A stretch of 63,744 nt of DNA, counting the filler, from Candidatus Lindowbacteria bacterium RIFCSPLOWO2_12_FULL_62_27 (GTDB lineage: Bacteria; Lindowbacteria; 2-12-FULL-62-27), in NCBI GenBank assembly GCA_001784175.1. It is 3 parts of 3 records of this genome, joined end to end, with 100 filler letters (N's around TTAATTAATTAA, not from the genome) between each part and the next. Parts side by side here need not be neighbours in the genome. Positions count along the whole stretch, not along the records: positions 24,919 to 49,351 come from MFPR01000021.1; 2 more parts are not named here. One strand, given 5' to 3'. Shown here piece after piece: positions 36,992 to 45,986 of the stretch. Each line of letters opens with the position of its first letter. Positions within the stretch are counted from its first letter, which is position 1. A program made the position numbers and the translations under genes. The notes beneath the pieces were generated by a model. That model saw only the letters and a program-made list of their open reading frames with translations, was not told where the DNA came from and made no database searches.

Positions 36992-38109
36992 GGAACGGCG
37001 GCGTCGATGCGTTTCTCCGATTCGGGATCGAAAAATTTCACCTTCCGGAAATCCAGCACAATGTTCATCTCCTGCTGGGGCTCGATCTTCGTCTCCGGTC
37101 CCATGCTCGCCGTCAGCGTGTGCTTGCCGTTCCGCAAATACACGTATATCTCCGACCCCAGTGGCTCGACGACGTCCACGACGCACCGGATCGCGTCGCT
37201 CAGCGTCCGCTGCGGCGTGTAGAGCGTGTCGTAGATGTCCTCCGGCCGGACGCCCATGACGATGTCGCGGCCGACGGCGCGGCGTTTTTGCAGAATGCCC
37301 GAAATTTCCGCCGGCAGCGGCAGATCGAACGATCCGCCGTGAAGCCGCACCTGGCCGTTTTCCTGGAGGACCGACAGCCTCATGAAATTCATGGGCGGCA
37401 TGCCGATGAATCCGGCCACAAACTGGTTCGCCGGCTCCTCGTACAGATGAATGGGCGTGTCGACCTGCTGAACGACGCCGTCCCGCAGGACGGTGATTCG
37501 GCCGCCCAGGGTCATCGCCTCCGTCTGGTCGTGCGTCACGTAGATCATGGTCGACTGGAGCCGGTTGTGGAGCCGCGCCAGCTCCACGCGCATCTGCACG
37601 CGCAGCTTCGCGTCCAGGTTCGACAGCGGCTCGTCGAACAGAAAGACCTTCGGGCGCTGGACGATCGCGCGGCCCACCGCCACGCGCTGGCGCTGCCCGC
37701 CGGAAAGCTGCTTGGGATAGCGTTCGAGGAGGTGCTTGATCTCAAGGACCTCGGCGGCCTCCGCCACGCGCTTTTCGATTTCGTCTTTGGGATATTTCTT
37801 CAGCCGCAGTCCGAACGAAAGGTTGTCCTCGACGCTCATGTGCGGGTACAGGGCGTAGTCCTGAAACACCATGGCGACGTTGCGGTCCTTCGGCGGCAGA
37901 TGGTTCACCACCTTGCCGTCGATCCGGACTTCGCCGGCCGTCACTTCCTCGAGGCCCGCGACCATTCTCAGGAGGGTGGATTTCCCGCACCCGGAGGGAC
38001 CCACCAACACCATGAATTCCCGGTCCTTGATCTTCAACGATACTTCCTTGACCGCCTTCACTCCGGCCGCGTACTGCTTGACGACGTTTGTCAGCTCGAC
38101 CTCTGCCAT
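36988..38109 (-). CDS. Sugar ABC transporter ATPase (MalK/MsmX/UgpC family)
   Basis: GPSGCGKST, LSGGQRQR, LFDEPLSNLDAKLR, YVTHDQ and a C-terminal TOBE-like region. Confidence 0.95.
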   Translation of the reverse strand: MAEVELTNVVKQYAAGVKAVKEVSLKIKDREFMVLVGPSGCGKSTLLRMVAGLEEVTAGEVRIDGKVVNHLPPKDRNVAMVFQDYALYPHMSVEDNLSFGLRLKKYPKDEIEKRVAEAAEVLEIKHLLERYPKQLSGGQRQRVAVGRAIVQRPKVFLFDEPLSNLDAKLRVQMRVELARLHNRLQSTMIYVTHDQTEAMTLGGRITVLRDGVVQQVDTPIHLYEEPANQFVAGFIGMPPMNFMRLSVLQENGQVRLHGGSFDLPLPAEISGILQKRRAVGRDIVMGVRPEDIYDTLYTPQRTLSDAIRCVVDVVEPLGSEIYVYLRNGKHTLTASMGPETKIEPQQEMNIVLDFRKVKFFDPESEKRIDAAVP

Positions 38110-40704
38110 TTATTTCACCTCAACACTCCATTTGTTTCCCGGTTTGTCCCGGTTCAGCGAATTCCAGTCTCCGTCTTCCACGTACTTGTATTCATATCGG
38201 CCGACCGGCAAATCTACCATCGTTTCCCACCAGCCGCCGCCTTTTCTTCGAAGCTCGATGCCGTTCGGGTCCCAGTTGTTGAAATCGCCGGCCAATGTCA
38301 CCCGGCGCGCCTTCGGGGCCTCGATCCGGAACGTCCACGGCACCTTGATGTCCCTCAACCTCAGAATTTCCACCTTGATCATCGAATCCGGACCGAACCC
38401 GGCGTCCAGCCGGTCCGGGTTCTCCGGGTCCAGCTTTCCAACACCGTCCACGTAATATTTGTATGTATATGTTCCCGGCCTCAGCTTCAAGGTCGACACC
38501 CACAAACCGTCCGGCCGCTTCATCATGGGCCAGGCGTCGGGAACCCAGTTGTTGAACGACCCGGCCAGGTACACCTGTTCCGCCCACATGTCCTGATACG
38601 CAAACATCACCTGGCCGTTCGGCAGCATGTGAACGCCCGGCGTCAGGCCGTCCTTGTTCGCGAGTTCGGCGGGCGTCGGGCCCGTGACGCGGGCCAACGA
38701 GTTGCTGTTGCCGCCGACCTCTTTTTTCAATGGATTCTCCGGGTCCAACCGCCAGTCCCCGTCGACGACAATCTTGTAGGCGTATTCGCCGGGATCGAGC
38801 CGCATGGTCCGCGTCCAGACGCCGTCCGATCCCTTATCCATCAAGCCGTCCTCCCATTTCCAATTGTTAAACTCGCCGCCCACCCCGACCTTCTTCGCGT
38901 CCGGCGCCTTGTATTTGAACGTCACCTCCGGAACCTGGGCCGCAGCCCGCACCTGTTTCGTTTCGGGTCTGTGGGGCGCGGCCGTGGTGGGCGCGGGCGC
39001 TCCGGCAGGGGCGGCGACCACACCCGCGCCTCCTTCCGGCGCCGCCACCGTGACCGTGCGGTTGTCCTTGTTGGCTTTGTCCCAGTCGCCGTCCACCACG
39101 AATTTGTATTCATATTGCCCGGGCTTGAGATCGACGGCGACTTCCCATTTCCCGTCGTCGGCGCCGCTCTTCTTCATCTCCAGCGCGGCCGGATTCCACT
39201 GATTGAATTCCCCGGCCAGCGTGACCTTCTTCGCCTTCATGTCGGTGTGAGAAAACACGGTCGGGACCGTTTCCGGCCGAGGCGTGACACTCACGGGAGT
39301 GGGCGCAGGCGCGGGCGCGGGTGGCAGTAACTCAGCGACAACGACAGCCATCCCAACGCGAATGAGAGAGTTTTGCGTCCCGTCCACAGCCTTCTTCAGC
39401 GGGTTTTCCGGATCTTCCACCCAGTCGCCTTCCACGACGAATTTGTACGCATACTCGCCCGGCGAAAGCCGCAGCCTGATCGTCCAGACGCCGTCCGGAC
39501 CCTTTTTCATCCGCGCGGCCTTCCAATCCCACCGGTTGAATTCACCGCCGACCCCCACCAGAATCGCGTTCGGATCCCTGTACCGAAATTGCACGTCCAC
39601 CAGCCCCGCGCTGTCGGCGACGGCCGCCGAAAAACTCGGGCCGGCCGGGGAATCCAAAGACGCGGCCCGGCGAACAAGATCCCTGATTTCTTTGGGCGCA
39701 ACTTCCGGAAGCCGCACGTCAGGCCGGGGCGGCGACACGGACGTCAGCCGTCCCTGCCCACCGTCCGACAGGGATGTCGGACGCTCCGGCAGGGGCGGCG
39801 ACACGGACGGCGCTTTTTGTTTTGGCGCAACCGGCAGCGGAACCGGCGCGGGCGCCGGGACTTTCTGCGAGAGCGCGACCGGTTTCACCGACGCGATCAT
39901 CTTCGGAGGCTCCTTGCGCCTCGCCAGACCTTTCGCAGGGCCGATGACGGGACCGAGGTCAGCCGCAGCCGGAATCCCCGGCGACGCGCGAGGAGAAGGT
40001 TGGACAGCAGGCGAAGACGTTCGGCGCGCAATCCCCTTCGCCGCCCCCAACGCCGGACTGCCTGCCGTCAACCCCTTCCCCCCTTGTGGGGGAAGGCTGG
40101 GATGGGGGGACTCTTTCGCAATCACCGGCGCAACCGCCGGCTGTTCCACCTTGGCCGCCGCAATCACCGGCGCGACGCGGGGAACTTCGACCTTCGAAAC
40201 CGGCGGCATCACAACTTTCACCGGCAGAATTTCCGCCTTCGTAACGGGCGCCACCGGCGGCGACACGGATGTCAGCCGTCCCTGCCCACCGTCCGACAGG
40301 GATGTCGGACGCTCCGGCAGGGACGCCGGCACGGCCGACACGGGCAATTCCGGCAGAAGCGTCATTCCGGCCGCAGCCGGGGTCTGGTCCGCCTTGACAT
40401 TGACCGTCCGGTTGTCCTTGTTGGCCTTGTCCTCGTTGCCGTCCACCACGAACTTGTATTCATACCGCCCGGGGTTCAGGTCCTTCTGAAGGACCCACTC
40501 GCCCGCCAGGTTCTTCTGCATTTCATCCGCCGTTTTGTCCCAGTTGTTGAATTCCCCCGCCACCGTCACCTTCTTGGCGCCCGCATCCGCATGCTTGAAC
40601 GTCACAAGGACAGCCTCCGCACCCTGGCCCCCAAGGAAGAGCATCCCCCCTATTATATATACATACAAATATATATATATGTGCCTCCAAAATCTCAGTT
40701 TCAT
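38110..40704 (-). CDS. Exported protein with six CBM48-like glycogen-binding domains and a Pro/Ala-rich linker
   Basis: Six copies of F...A..V..(A/G)G(E/S/D)FN.W...M/L...G.W...L.(P/V)G.Y.YK..V(D/E)G. No catalytic domain is recognisable. Confidence 0.88.
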   Translation of the reverse strand: MKLRFWRHIYIYLYVYIIGGMLFLGGQGAEAVLVTFKHADAGAKKVTVAGEFNNWDKTADEMQKNLAGEWVLQKDLNPGRYEYKFVVDGNEDKANKDNRTVNVKADQTPAAAGMTLLPELPVSAVPASLPERPTSLSDGGQGRLTSVSPPVAPVTKAEILPVKVVMPPVSKVEVPRVAPVIAAAKVEQPAVAPVIAKESPHPSLPPQGGKGLTAGSPALGAAKGIARRTSSPAVQPSPRASPGIPAAADLGPVIGPAKGLARRKEPPKMIASVKPVALSQKVPAPAPVPLPVAPKQKAPSVSPPLPERPTSLSDGGQGRLTSVSPPRPDVRLPEVAPKEIRDLVRRAASLDSPAGPSFSAAVADSAGLVDVQFRYRDPNAILVGVGGEFNRWDWKAARMKKGPDGVWTIRLRLSPGEYAYKFVVEGDWVEDPENPLKKAVDGTQNSLIRVGMAVVVAELLPPAPAPAPTPVSVTPRPETVPTVFSHTDMKAKKVTLAGEFNQWNPAALEMKKSGADDGKWEVAVDLKPGQYEYKFVVDGDWDKANKDNRTVTVAAPEGGAGVVAAPAGAPAPTTAAPHRPETKQVRAAAQVPEVTFKYKAPDAKKVGVGGEFNNWKWEDGLMDKGSDGVWTRTMRLDPGEYAYKIVVDGDWRLDPENPLKKEVGGNSNSLARVTGPTPAELANKDGLTPGVHMLPNGQVMFAYQDMWAEQVYLAGSFNNWVPDAWPMMKRPDGLWVSTLKLRPGTYTYKYYVDGVGKLDPENPDRLDAGFGPDSMIKVEILRLRDIKVPWTFRIEAPKARRVTLAGDFNNWDPNGIELRRKGGGWWETMVDLPVGRYEYKYVEDGDWNSLNRDKPGNKWSVEVK

Positions 40705-40715
40705 CGTCTCCGCTC

Positions 40716-41675
40716 CTAAAACTTGAACAGCAGCGAGAATTGGTGCGCGCTGCCGAAGGTGTCGTAGGGCTTGAACGCGTAATCGACAACCAGCCTCACG
40801 ATCCGGATGCCCATGCCGACCGAGTAGCCCTTCTCGTCCGACGTGTTGTCCGGCCGCGCCGTATACCCGGCCCGGAACGCGAGGAAATGCACGACCCAGC
40901 CCTCGACCCCCAGGTTGAAGTATGGCTGATTGTCGGTCGGAAATACCAGATCGGTCGCGACATTCAGCCGGCCAAGGAACGGGCGGAAATTGACGCCGAA
41001 CGTAAAGCGCTCCGGCAGACGCTCCCGGACGAAATCGAACGGCGAGGCGCGGCCGATGTTCGCAGCCGTAAACGCGATGTCAATCGGGAAGTCCGGTGAC
41101 TTCCACTTGAGGCCGAAATCAACCGCCAACCCCGTCGCGCTCTCCACATCGATCTTTTCCTTGAAGAACTTGAGCGTGAATCCATATCGCATCGGCATGC
41201 CCCAGAGGCCAAAGCGGTTCGCGTACCCCAGCCCGAAGAGATAGTCGCTGGCGGTGAACGTCCCGACCTTCTGGAAAAACGGCGCGCCCTTCACGGCGAT
41301 GGTCTTGTCGATGTCGCCCATCGTCAGGGCGGTGACGTACGTCCCGAGCGTGCCGAACCGGCGCGGCAACGGATGCGCGTAGGCGAACCCGCTGTAATTG
41401 ATGTCCTCGATGAATTTCAGGTGCGACACCAGAATCTCCGCGCGTTTGAGTTCCTGCAGCCCGGCCGGGTTCCAGTACAATGCGCTCACGTCGTCCGCCC
41501 GCGCCGTAAACGCGCCGCCCATGCCGACGGCGCGCGACCCCAGCCCGAGTTTCAGGAACTGGAACGCCCGCGTGCCGGCTTTGGAGCTGGTCGCGTCTGC
41601 AGACTGCGCGGCCGCGAGCACGGCGACCACCGCCGCCACCAGCGACACGCGCATCGTCAGACGCCGGGCCTTCAT
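40716..41675 (-). CDS. PorV/PorQ (UPF0164) family barrel, paralog 3
   Basis: AFQFLKLGLGSRAVGMGG...ALYWNPAGL and C-terminus VDYAFKPYDTFGSAHQFSLLFKF. ATG 41675 overlaps the upstream stop. Confidence 0.9.
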   Translation of the reverse strand: MKARRLTMRVSLVAAVVAVLAAAQSADATSSKAGTRAFQFLKLGLGSRAVGMGGAFTARADDVSALYWNPAGLQELKRAEILVSHLKFIEDINYSGFAYAHPLPRRFGTLGTYVTALTMGDIDKTIAVKGAPFFQKVGTFTASDYLFGLGYANRFGLWGMPMRYGFTLKFFKEKIDVESATGLAVDFGLKWKSPDFPIDIAFTAANIGRASPFDFVRERLPERFTFGVNFRPFLGRLNVATDLVFPTDNQPYFNLGVEGWVVHFLAFRAGYTARPDNTSDEKGYSVGMGIRIVRLVVDYAFKPYDTFGSAHQFSLLFKF

Positions 41676-44380
41676 CGCACCACCGCCACTTTGCCGGTCT
41701 TGTTCGACGTCGCGCTCTTGGCGTGGAAGAGGTAGACGCCGCTGGCCGCCGGCCGGCCGTGGTCGTTGGTCAGGTCCCAGATCATCCGCGTGGCGACACC
41801 GGTCGTGCCGTACTCGCTCGCATCGTTCGGATCGAGCGTGCGGACGAGTTCGCCGGTGATGGTGTAGATTTTGATGAACTCGATATCTGTTGGAATGTTC
41901 AGGAACGTGATGCCCGGCCGGCCGTCGCCGTACGGATCGCCGCGCTGAGCGAAATCGCGGTTCGGATAGCACGGGTTCGGGAACGCCACCATGTCGTTCA
42001 GGTTGTTCGGCGAGCCGGCCAGGGCCATGACCTGGAAGATGGAGAACTTGAACCGCGGCGCGCCGACGATGTTGGCGGCCGGGCTGGTCTTGGAGCCCGG
42101 CACCAGATCCCAGCGCATGGTCGTTTCGTTCAGAACGTACAGCGCGTATCCGACGACCGGCAGGCCGGCGCGAGCGGCGTATTCCTGATGTAAAGACGTG
42201 AACGGGATGGTGACCCGGACCGGCGTGTCGGCGAAGACGACCGCCTCGCCGGTCGTCTTCGACTTGACGTCGATGATGTAAATCAGCGAGTCCGTGTCGC
42301 CAGTCGAGTTTTCGGAGAGCGTCCACTCCAGCGGGTTCGTGAGCTGCGCGGCTTCGGCGGCCTTCAGCATCGCGCACACCTGCGCCATCGCCGTGTCGGT
42401 CGACTCCGCATCGATTGCCTCGACCAAGCTGGTGACCCGCACGAACGAGTTGGCCGGGATCGTTCCCGCCGGGAACATGATCATGACGCTCGTGTCCTGC
42501 CCCTCGGCCTTCCGGCGCGCCGTCGCGCCGCCGGCGGCCGGTATTCCTTCCTGGGCCGAGGAATAGTCGCTCTCGAGGAGGGTGTGGGTGTCGTAGGCCG
42601 TGATCTTGTAGTAGTACGTGACGCCGTTCGTCAGGCCGTCGTCAAGATACTCCGGATAGGCAGACGCCGGGACGGTGTCGATCAGCGGGAAGAGGCCGCT
42701 CAGGGAAGTGTCGCGATAGATGTTGTAGCTGTTGACAATGAAATCGGCGGACGGCCGCCAGGACAGGAGCACCTTCGTGTCCATGCTGATGGCGGTGATC
42801 GACACCGGCGTCCTCGGCGGCGCGAATCCCGCCGCCTCCCACACGTCCACCACCCGCATCATGTCCTGTCCCATGTTCGCGGAGATCGTCACCAGCCGGT
42901 TGCCGGTGACTTCGAGCGTGCGGTCCGAGCCGCTTTCGTAGTCGCCGTTCTTGACGCCATCGTTCGTCTTGTCGATGATGAACTTGTATTTGTGCGTGCC
43001 GTTCGGCATATTCCGGGTCAGCCGCCAGGTCTTCCGGTTGTCCACCGTCAGCTTGTAAAAGTCGTCAGCCTTGCTGCCCAGCCAGTCGTTGTTCGTCCAA
43101 GGGTCGAACTCGCCCGTGATCCAGACACCCACGGCCTGCGTGTCCGGGCCGTACACGAACTCGTTCGGAATGTCCGACAGCGCAACGCCGAGATCGGACC
43201 CGCCCGGAATCCAATCGCCGGCGGAGGCGCCGGTGTGGATCGCGAAGTACTTGTACGTCTGCCATCCCTTGATCGACTTGACCAGCCGAAAGACGCTGTC
43301 GGACTCGAGTTTCATCTTCCAGTTGTCGTCGATCCCGAAACTGTTGAACGACCCGCGGACGTAGACCGACGAGACGTTCGTCGCGTTCAGGCCCCACGTC
43401 GAGGGGTCGAACCGGAACAGCATCGGGTGCTCGTCGGTCTGGCCCTCCCACTCCTGCTTCGATGTGCCGGGATTCTTGACGTACTTGTACTGCAGTTTCT
43501 GCCCGCCCTGCATCACTTGCGTTCCGGACCAGATACCGGTCTGGATTTCGGTCAGCGGCGCCTCGTACGGTTTCCAAGTCAGCGGCGACTGGTTGCCGCC
43601 CAATCCCATCCCGAAGACCGGCCGGCCGTTCAGAGCGATGTCCTGACGCATATCCACCACGAACTGCACCAGCACCTTGCCCTGCGGCGTGTCGGTCACG
43701 ACCGCCGACGTGCTGGTGTACGGGCCCGGCGGCGCCGGCGTGTCCGTGGCGGGCTCGCCCGGCGTATCGTAGGCGTCGACCGCGGTGATGATGAAATGGT
43801 AAACGGTCCCGACATTCAGTCCCCGAATCGTGAAGGACGTCGTGGTCCCCTGGATAAGCTGCGTGTCAGCTTGCGTCCAGGGTGGACCTGCGGCGCCGGC
43901 GCGGTAATAGACGTGATAGCCCCCGCCGTAAACCACGTCCCAAGTACTCGGAACCGGCATCGCCCAGGTCAGTTTGACCTCTCCGTCCCCCACAATGGAC
44001 GTCGCGACAGATACCGGCGCCTGCGGCGTGTCCGCCCAGTTGCCCGGAACGTAGATGGTGTCGACGCCCGATGGCACCGTGAACTCGCGGTAGCCCGAAG
44101 ACGTCGCGAAGTTCGGTTCGATCTGGGTGTCGGTGGCGCTGAGGACTACACCGTACTTGTACTGGATCGTCGAGCCCGGAAAGAGCTTGACCTCGTACCG
44201 GTACAGGCCATTCGAATCAGGCCCGCTCATCGCCTTTGTCTCCCAGCCACTATTGAACTGCCCGATCAGGGCCTTCTTCAGATCCGCCCACTTCGTGTCG
44301 GCGCCCGCATGGGCGTCGCCCGGGGACAGGCAGAGGAACAGCCCGACCAGGACTGCGGAGACGATCGGCCTCAGTCTCAT
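41672..44380 (-). CDS. Secreted multi-CBM (CBM20/CBM48-like) + Fn3 protein with FlgD-Ig/T9SS-like CTD
   Basis: Signal peptide ending AHA, CBM motifs (VQFVVDM, QYKYVK, VYVRGSFN, HKYKFIID) and Fn3 (VLLSW...YNIYR...TYYYKITAYD). It ends AFPNP...IKIYTITGELVRTL...WDLTNDHGRPAASGVYLF...GKVAVVR. Confidence 0.88.
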   Translation of the reverse strand: MRLRPIVSAVLVGLFLCLSPGDAHAGADTKWADLKKALIGQFNSGWETKAMSGPDSNGLYRYEVKLFPGSTIQYKYGVVLSATDTQIEPNFATSSGYREFTVPSGVDTIYVPGNWADTPQAPVSVATSIVGDGEVKLTWAMPVPSTWDVVYGGGYHVYYRAGAAGPPWTQADTQLIQGTTTSFTIRGLNVGTVYHFIITAVDAYDTPGEPATDTPAPPGPYTSTSAVVTDTPQGKVLVQFVVDMRQDIALNGRPVFGMGLGGNQSPLTWKPYEAPLTEIQTGIWSGTQVMQGGQKLQYKYVKNPGTSKQEWEGQTDEHPMLFRFDPSTWGLNATNVSSVYVRGSFNSFGIDDNWKMKLESDSVFRLVKSIKGWQTYKYFAIHTGASAGDWIPGGSDLGVALSDIPNEFVYGPDTQAVGVWITGEFDPWTNNDWLGSKADDFYKLTVDNRKTWRLTRNMPNGTHKYKFIIDKTNDGVKNGDYESGSDRTLEVTGNRLVTISANMGQDMMRVVDVWEAAGFAPPRTPVSITAISMDTKVLLSWRPSADFIVNSYNIYRDTSLSGLFPLIDTVPASAYPEYLDDGLTNGVTYYYKITAYDTHTLLESDYSSAQEGIPAAGGATARRKAEGQDTSVMIMFPAGTIPANSFVRVTSLVEAIDAESTDTAMAQVCAMLKAAEAAQLTNPLEWTLSENSTGDTDSLIYIIDVKSKTTGEAVVFADTPVRVTIPFTSLHQEYAARAGLPVVGYALYVLNETTMRWDLVPGSKTSPAANIVGAPRFKFSIFQVMALAGSPNNLNDMVAFPNPCYPNRDFAQRGDPYGDGRPGITFLNIPTDIEFIKIYTITGELVRTLDPNDASEYGTTGVATRMIWDLTNDHGRPAASGVYLFHAKSATSNKTGKVAVVR

Positions 44381-44419
44381 GCCGAACCGTCCGTCCTGTC
44401 GATCAAGTCCGCGCCTCCT

Positions 44420-45610
44420 CTACGAAGCGGACTTGCGCTGGGCGATGACCGCCCGCGTCTTGATCGGCTTGCCCTGCGGCACGCCGTCCACATAGGGCGT
44501 CAGGTAGATCGTTCCCTCCATGGCGCCGTCCGAAAACACGACTTGCGGGTCGAAATACTCGACGAGAAAAATCACCGTCACCGCCACACCCCGCGTCCAC
44601 CGGGCCGCGCCGCCGCTGAAATTCTGGTCCGCCGTGTCGTTCTGGAATCCGTAGGCGTCCACCCACAGCACCGTGTACACGAAAGAGTCGCCGTTCGGCG
44701 TCGCTGGGATCGACGTGTCCGTGAATGTCACCGGAACGTGGTAGTACCCGCCTCCGTAGGCTGCCCGGTTCGGCGAGTACAGCGTGTCGCCCATCACCTG
44801 GTTCACGACCGTGTCCTCGAACCGCAGGTGCGACGGCATCGTCGTATCCGAACTCCATCCCGACGGCAGCCGGGCCCGCAGAATCCGGAATCCGTACGGC
44901 GTGTACGTCCCCGTATCGAACTCCTTCGCGCCCTCCACCGTAGGGACGATCTCGTCCCCGGTCGTGATCTTCAGTTGCCAACTGATCTTCACGGCCGTGT
45001 CCGCTGTCTGAACGGCCGACACGCCGTAGTTGTTGTTGCCGCCGAGATCCGTCGTGTCGTTATTTCCGCTGGAACTGACATCCGTCGTTCCCAGATACTG
45101 CGCCAAGTCCGGGTTCTGAACCGTCAGCCATGAATCCCCGGACACCGGCGTTCCCTGCTTGCCCATCACGTCCTGGTCGCCAAACCGGTTGTAGAACACG
45201 TACCCCTCCGACGCGCTTGCCGGCACCGTGATCGTCCGCTGGGTGCTCTGGTCCTGCGCCCGGGGTCCGCCGATCGTCGTACTCTTCCACCCCGACGCCG
45301 AGTCGAAAATCGGAATCCGGTACTCGAACCAGTACGAGTAATTGGCGCCGGCCACCACCACCGCCGTGCATACCCACGATCCGTCCCCCACAGCCCGCAT
45401 TGGAATCGCGCACGACCGCACCAATCCTAAATGCCCCTGGACCGTCTCCGCGTCCACCGGACACGGATACGTGCCGGTCTCGAAGACGATCGCCTTCGAA
45501 AAATCCCCATAGCCTCCCCTCTGATACCCGGCCACCGTCATCGCCTCGGCGCTCACCGCCAGAAGCCCGACGATCGCCATCACCAGAAACACTGCTCCTG
45601 TTCCTCTCAT
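44420..45610 (-). CDS. Secreted protein of unknown family, tandem paralog 1 (CBM-like + Fn3-like elements)
   Basis: RBS GAGGTGA, signal peptide ending AEA, and strong similarity to the three upstream paralogs. Confidence 0.85.
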   Translation of the reverse strand: MRGTGAVFLVMAIVGLLAVSAEAMTVAGYQRGGYGDFSKAIVFETGTYPCPVDAETVQGHLGLVRSCAIPMRAVGDGSWVCTAVVVAGANYSYWFEYRIPIFDSASGWKSTTIGGPRAQDQSTQRTITVPASASEGYVFYNRFGDQDVMGKQGTPVSGDSWLTVQNPDLAQYLGTTDVSSSGNNDTTDLGGNNNYGVSAVQTADTAVKISWQLKITTGDEIVPTVEGAKEFDTGTYTPYGFRILRARLPSGWSSDTTMPSHLRFEDTVVNQVMGDTLYSPNRAAYGGGYYHVPVTFTDTSIPATPNGDSFVYTVLWVDAYGFQNDTADQNFSGGAARWTRGVAVTVIFLVEYFDPQVVFSDGAMEGTIYLTPYVDGVPQGKPIKTRAVIAQRKSAS

Positions 45611-45713
45611 ATCGATCTCACCTCTATGGACCGCGCGACGCTCGCGCAGCCCCAAACTCCGGACGACGACACGCGTCGTCCGCACTCCGATCTATCCTTC
45701 ACCCTCCGCCTCG

Positions 45714-45934
45714 CCCCCCTCTCCCCCGCAGGGGGAGAGGGTTGGGGTGAGGGGGTTATCGGCCCTTCGCTCTCCCCGACGTTCCTCCCTAACTCCCCGG
45801 AGGGGACCTCCAACGCTTCCCCTCCGGAGAGGGAGGGAAGGGAGGAACGCCGGGAAGAGCACGGGCCAAAGCCGTACACTTCCTGCTCACGTATGAGTCC
45901 TTCAGTCCTCGGTCCTCAGACCTCGGACCTCGTT
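45714..45934 (-). repeat. Composite intergenic repeat, copy 1 (C/G palindrome + 92-nt hairpin + conserved ~60-nt block)
   Basis: Near-identical sequence at 48786-49022 and a partial copy at 47321-47436. Confidence 0.85.
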
Positions 45935-45986
45935 CCCTTACTCCTTACTCAGCACTCATCACCTCACAATCCGTAGGCCTCAGCCC

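Noticed and set aside
45874-45934. Hammerhead ribozyme or c-di-GMP riboswitch in the conserved intergenic block
   Set aside because: CUGAAGGA/CUGACGGA does not fit CUGANGA...GAAA, and no GEMM core was seen. It is kept only as an unknown structured repeat.
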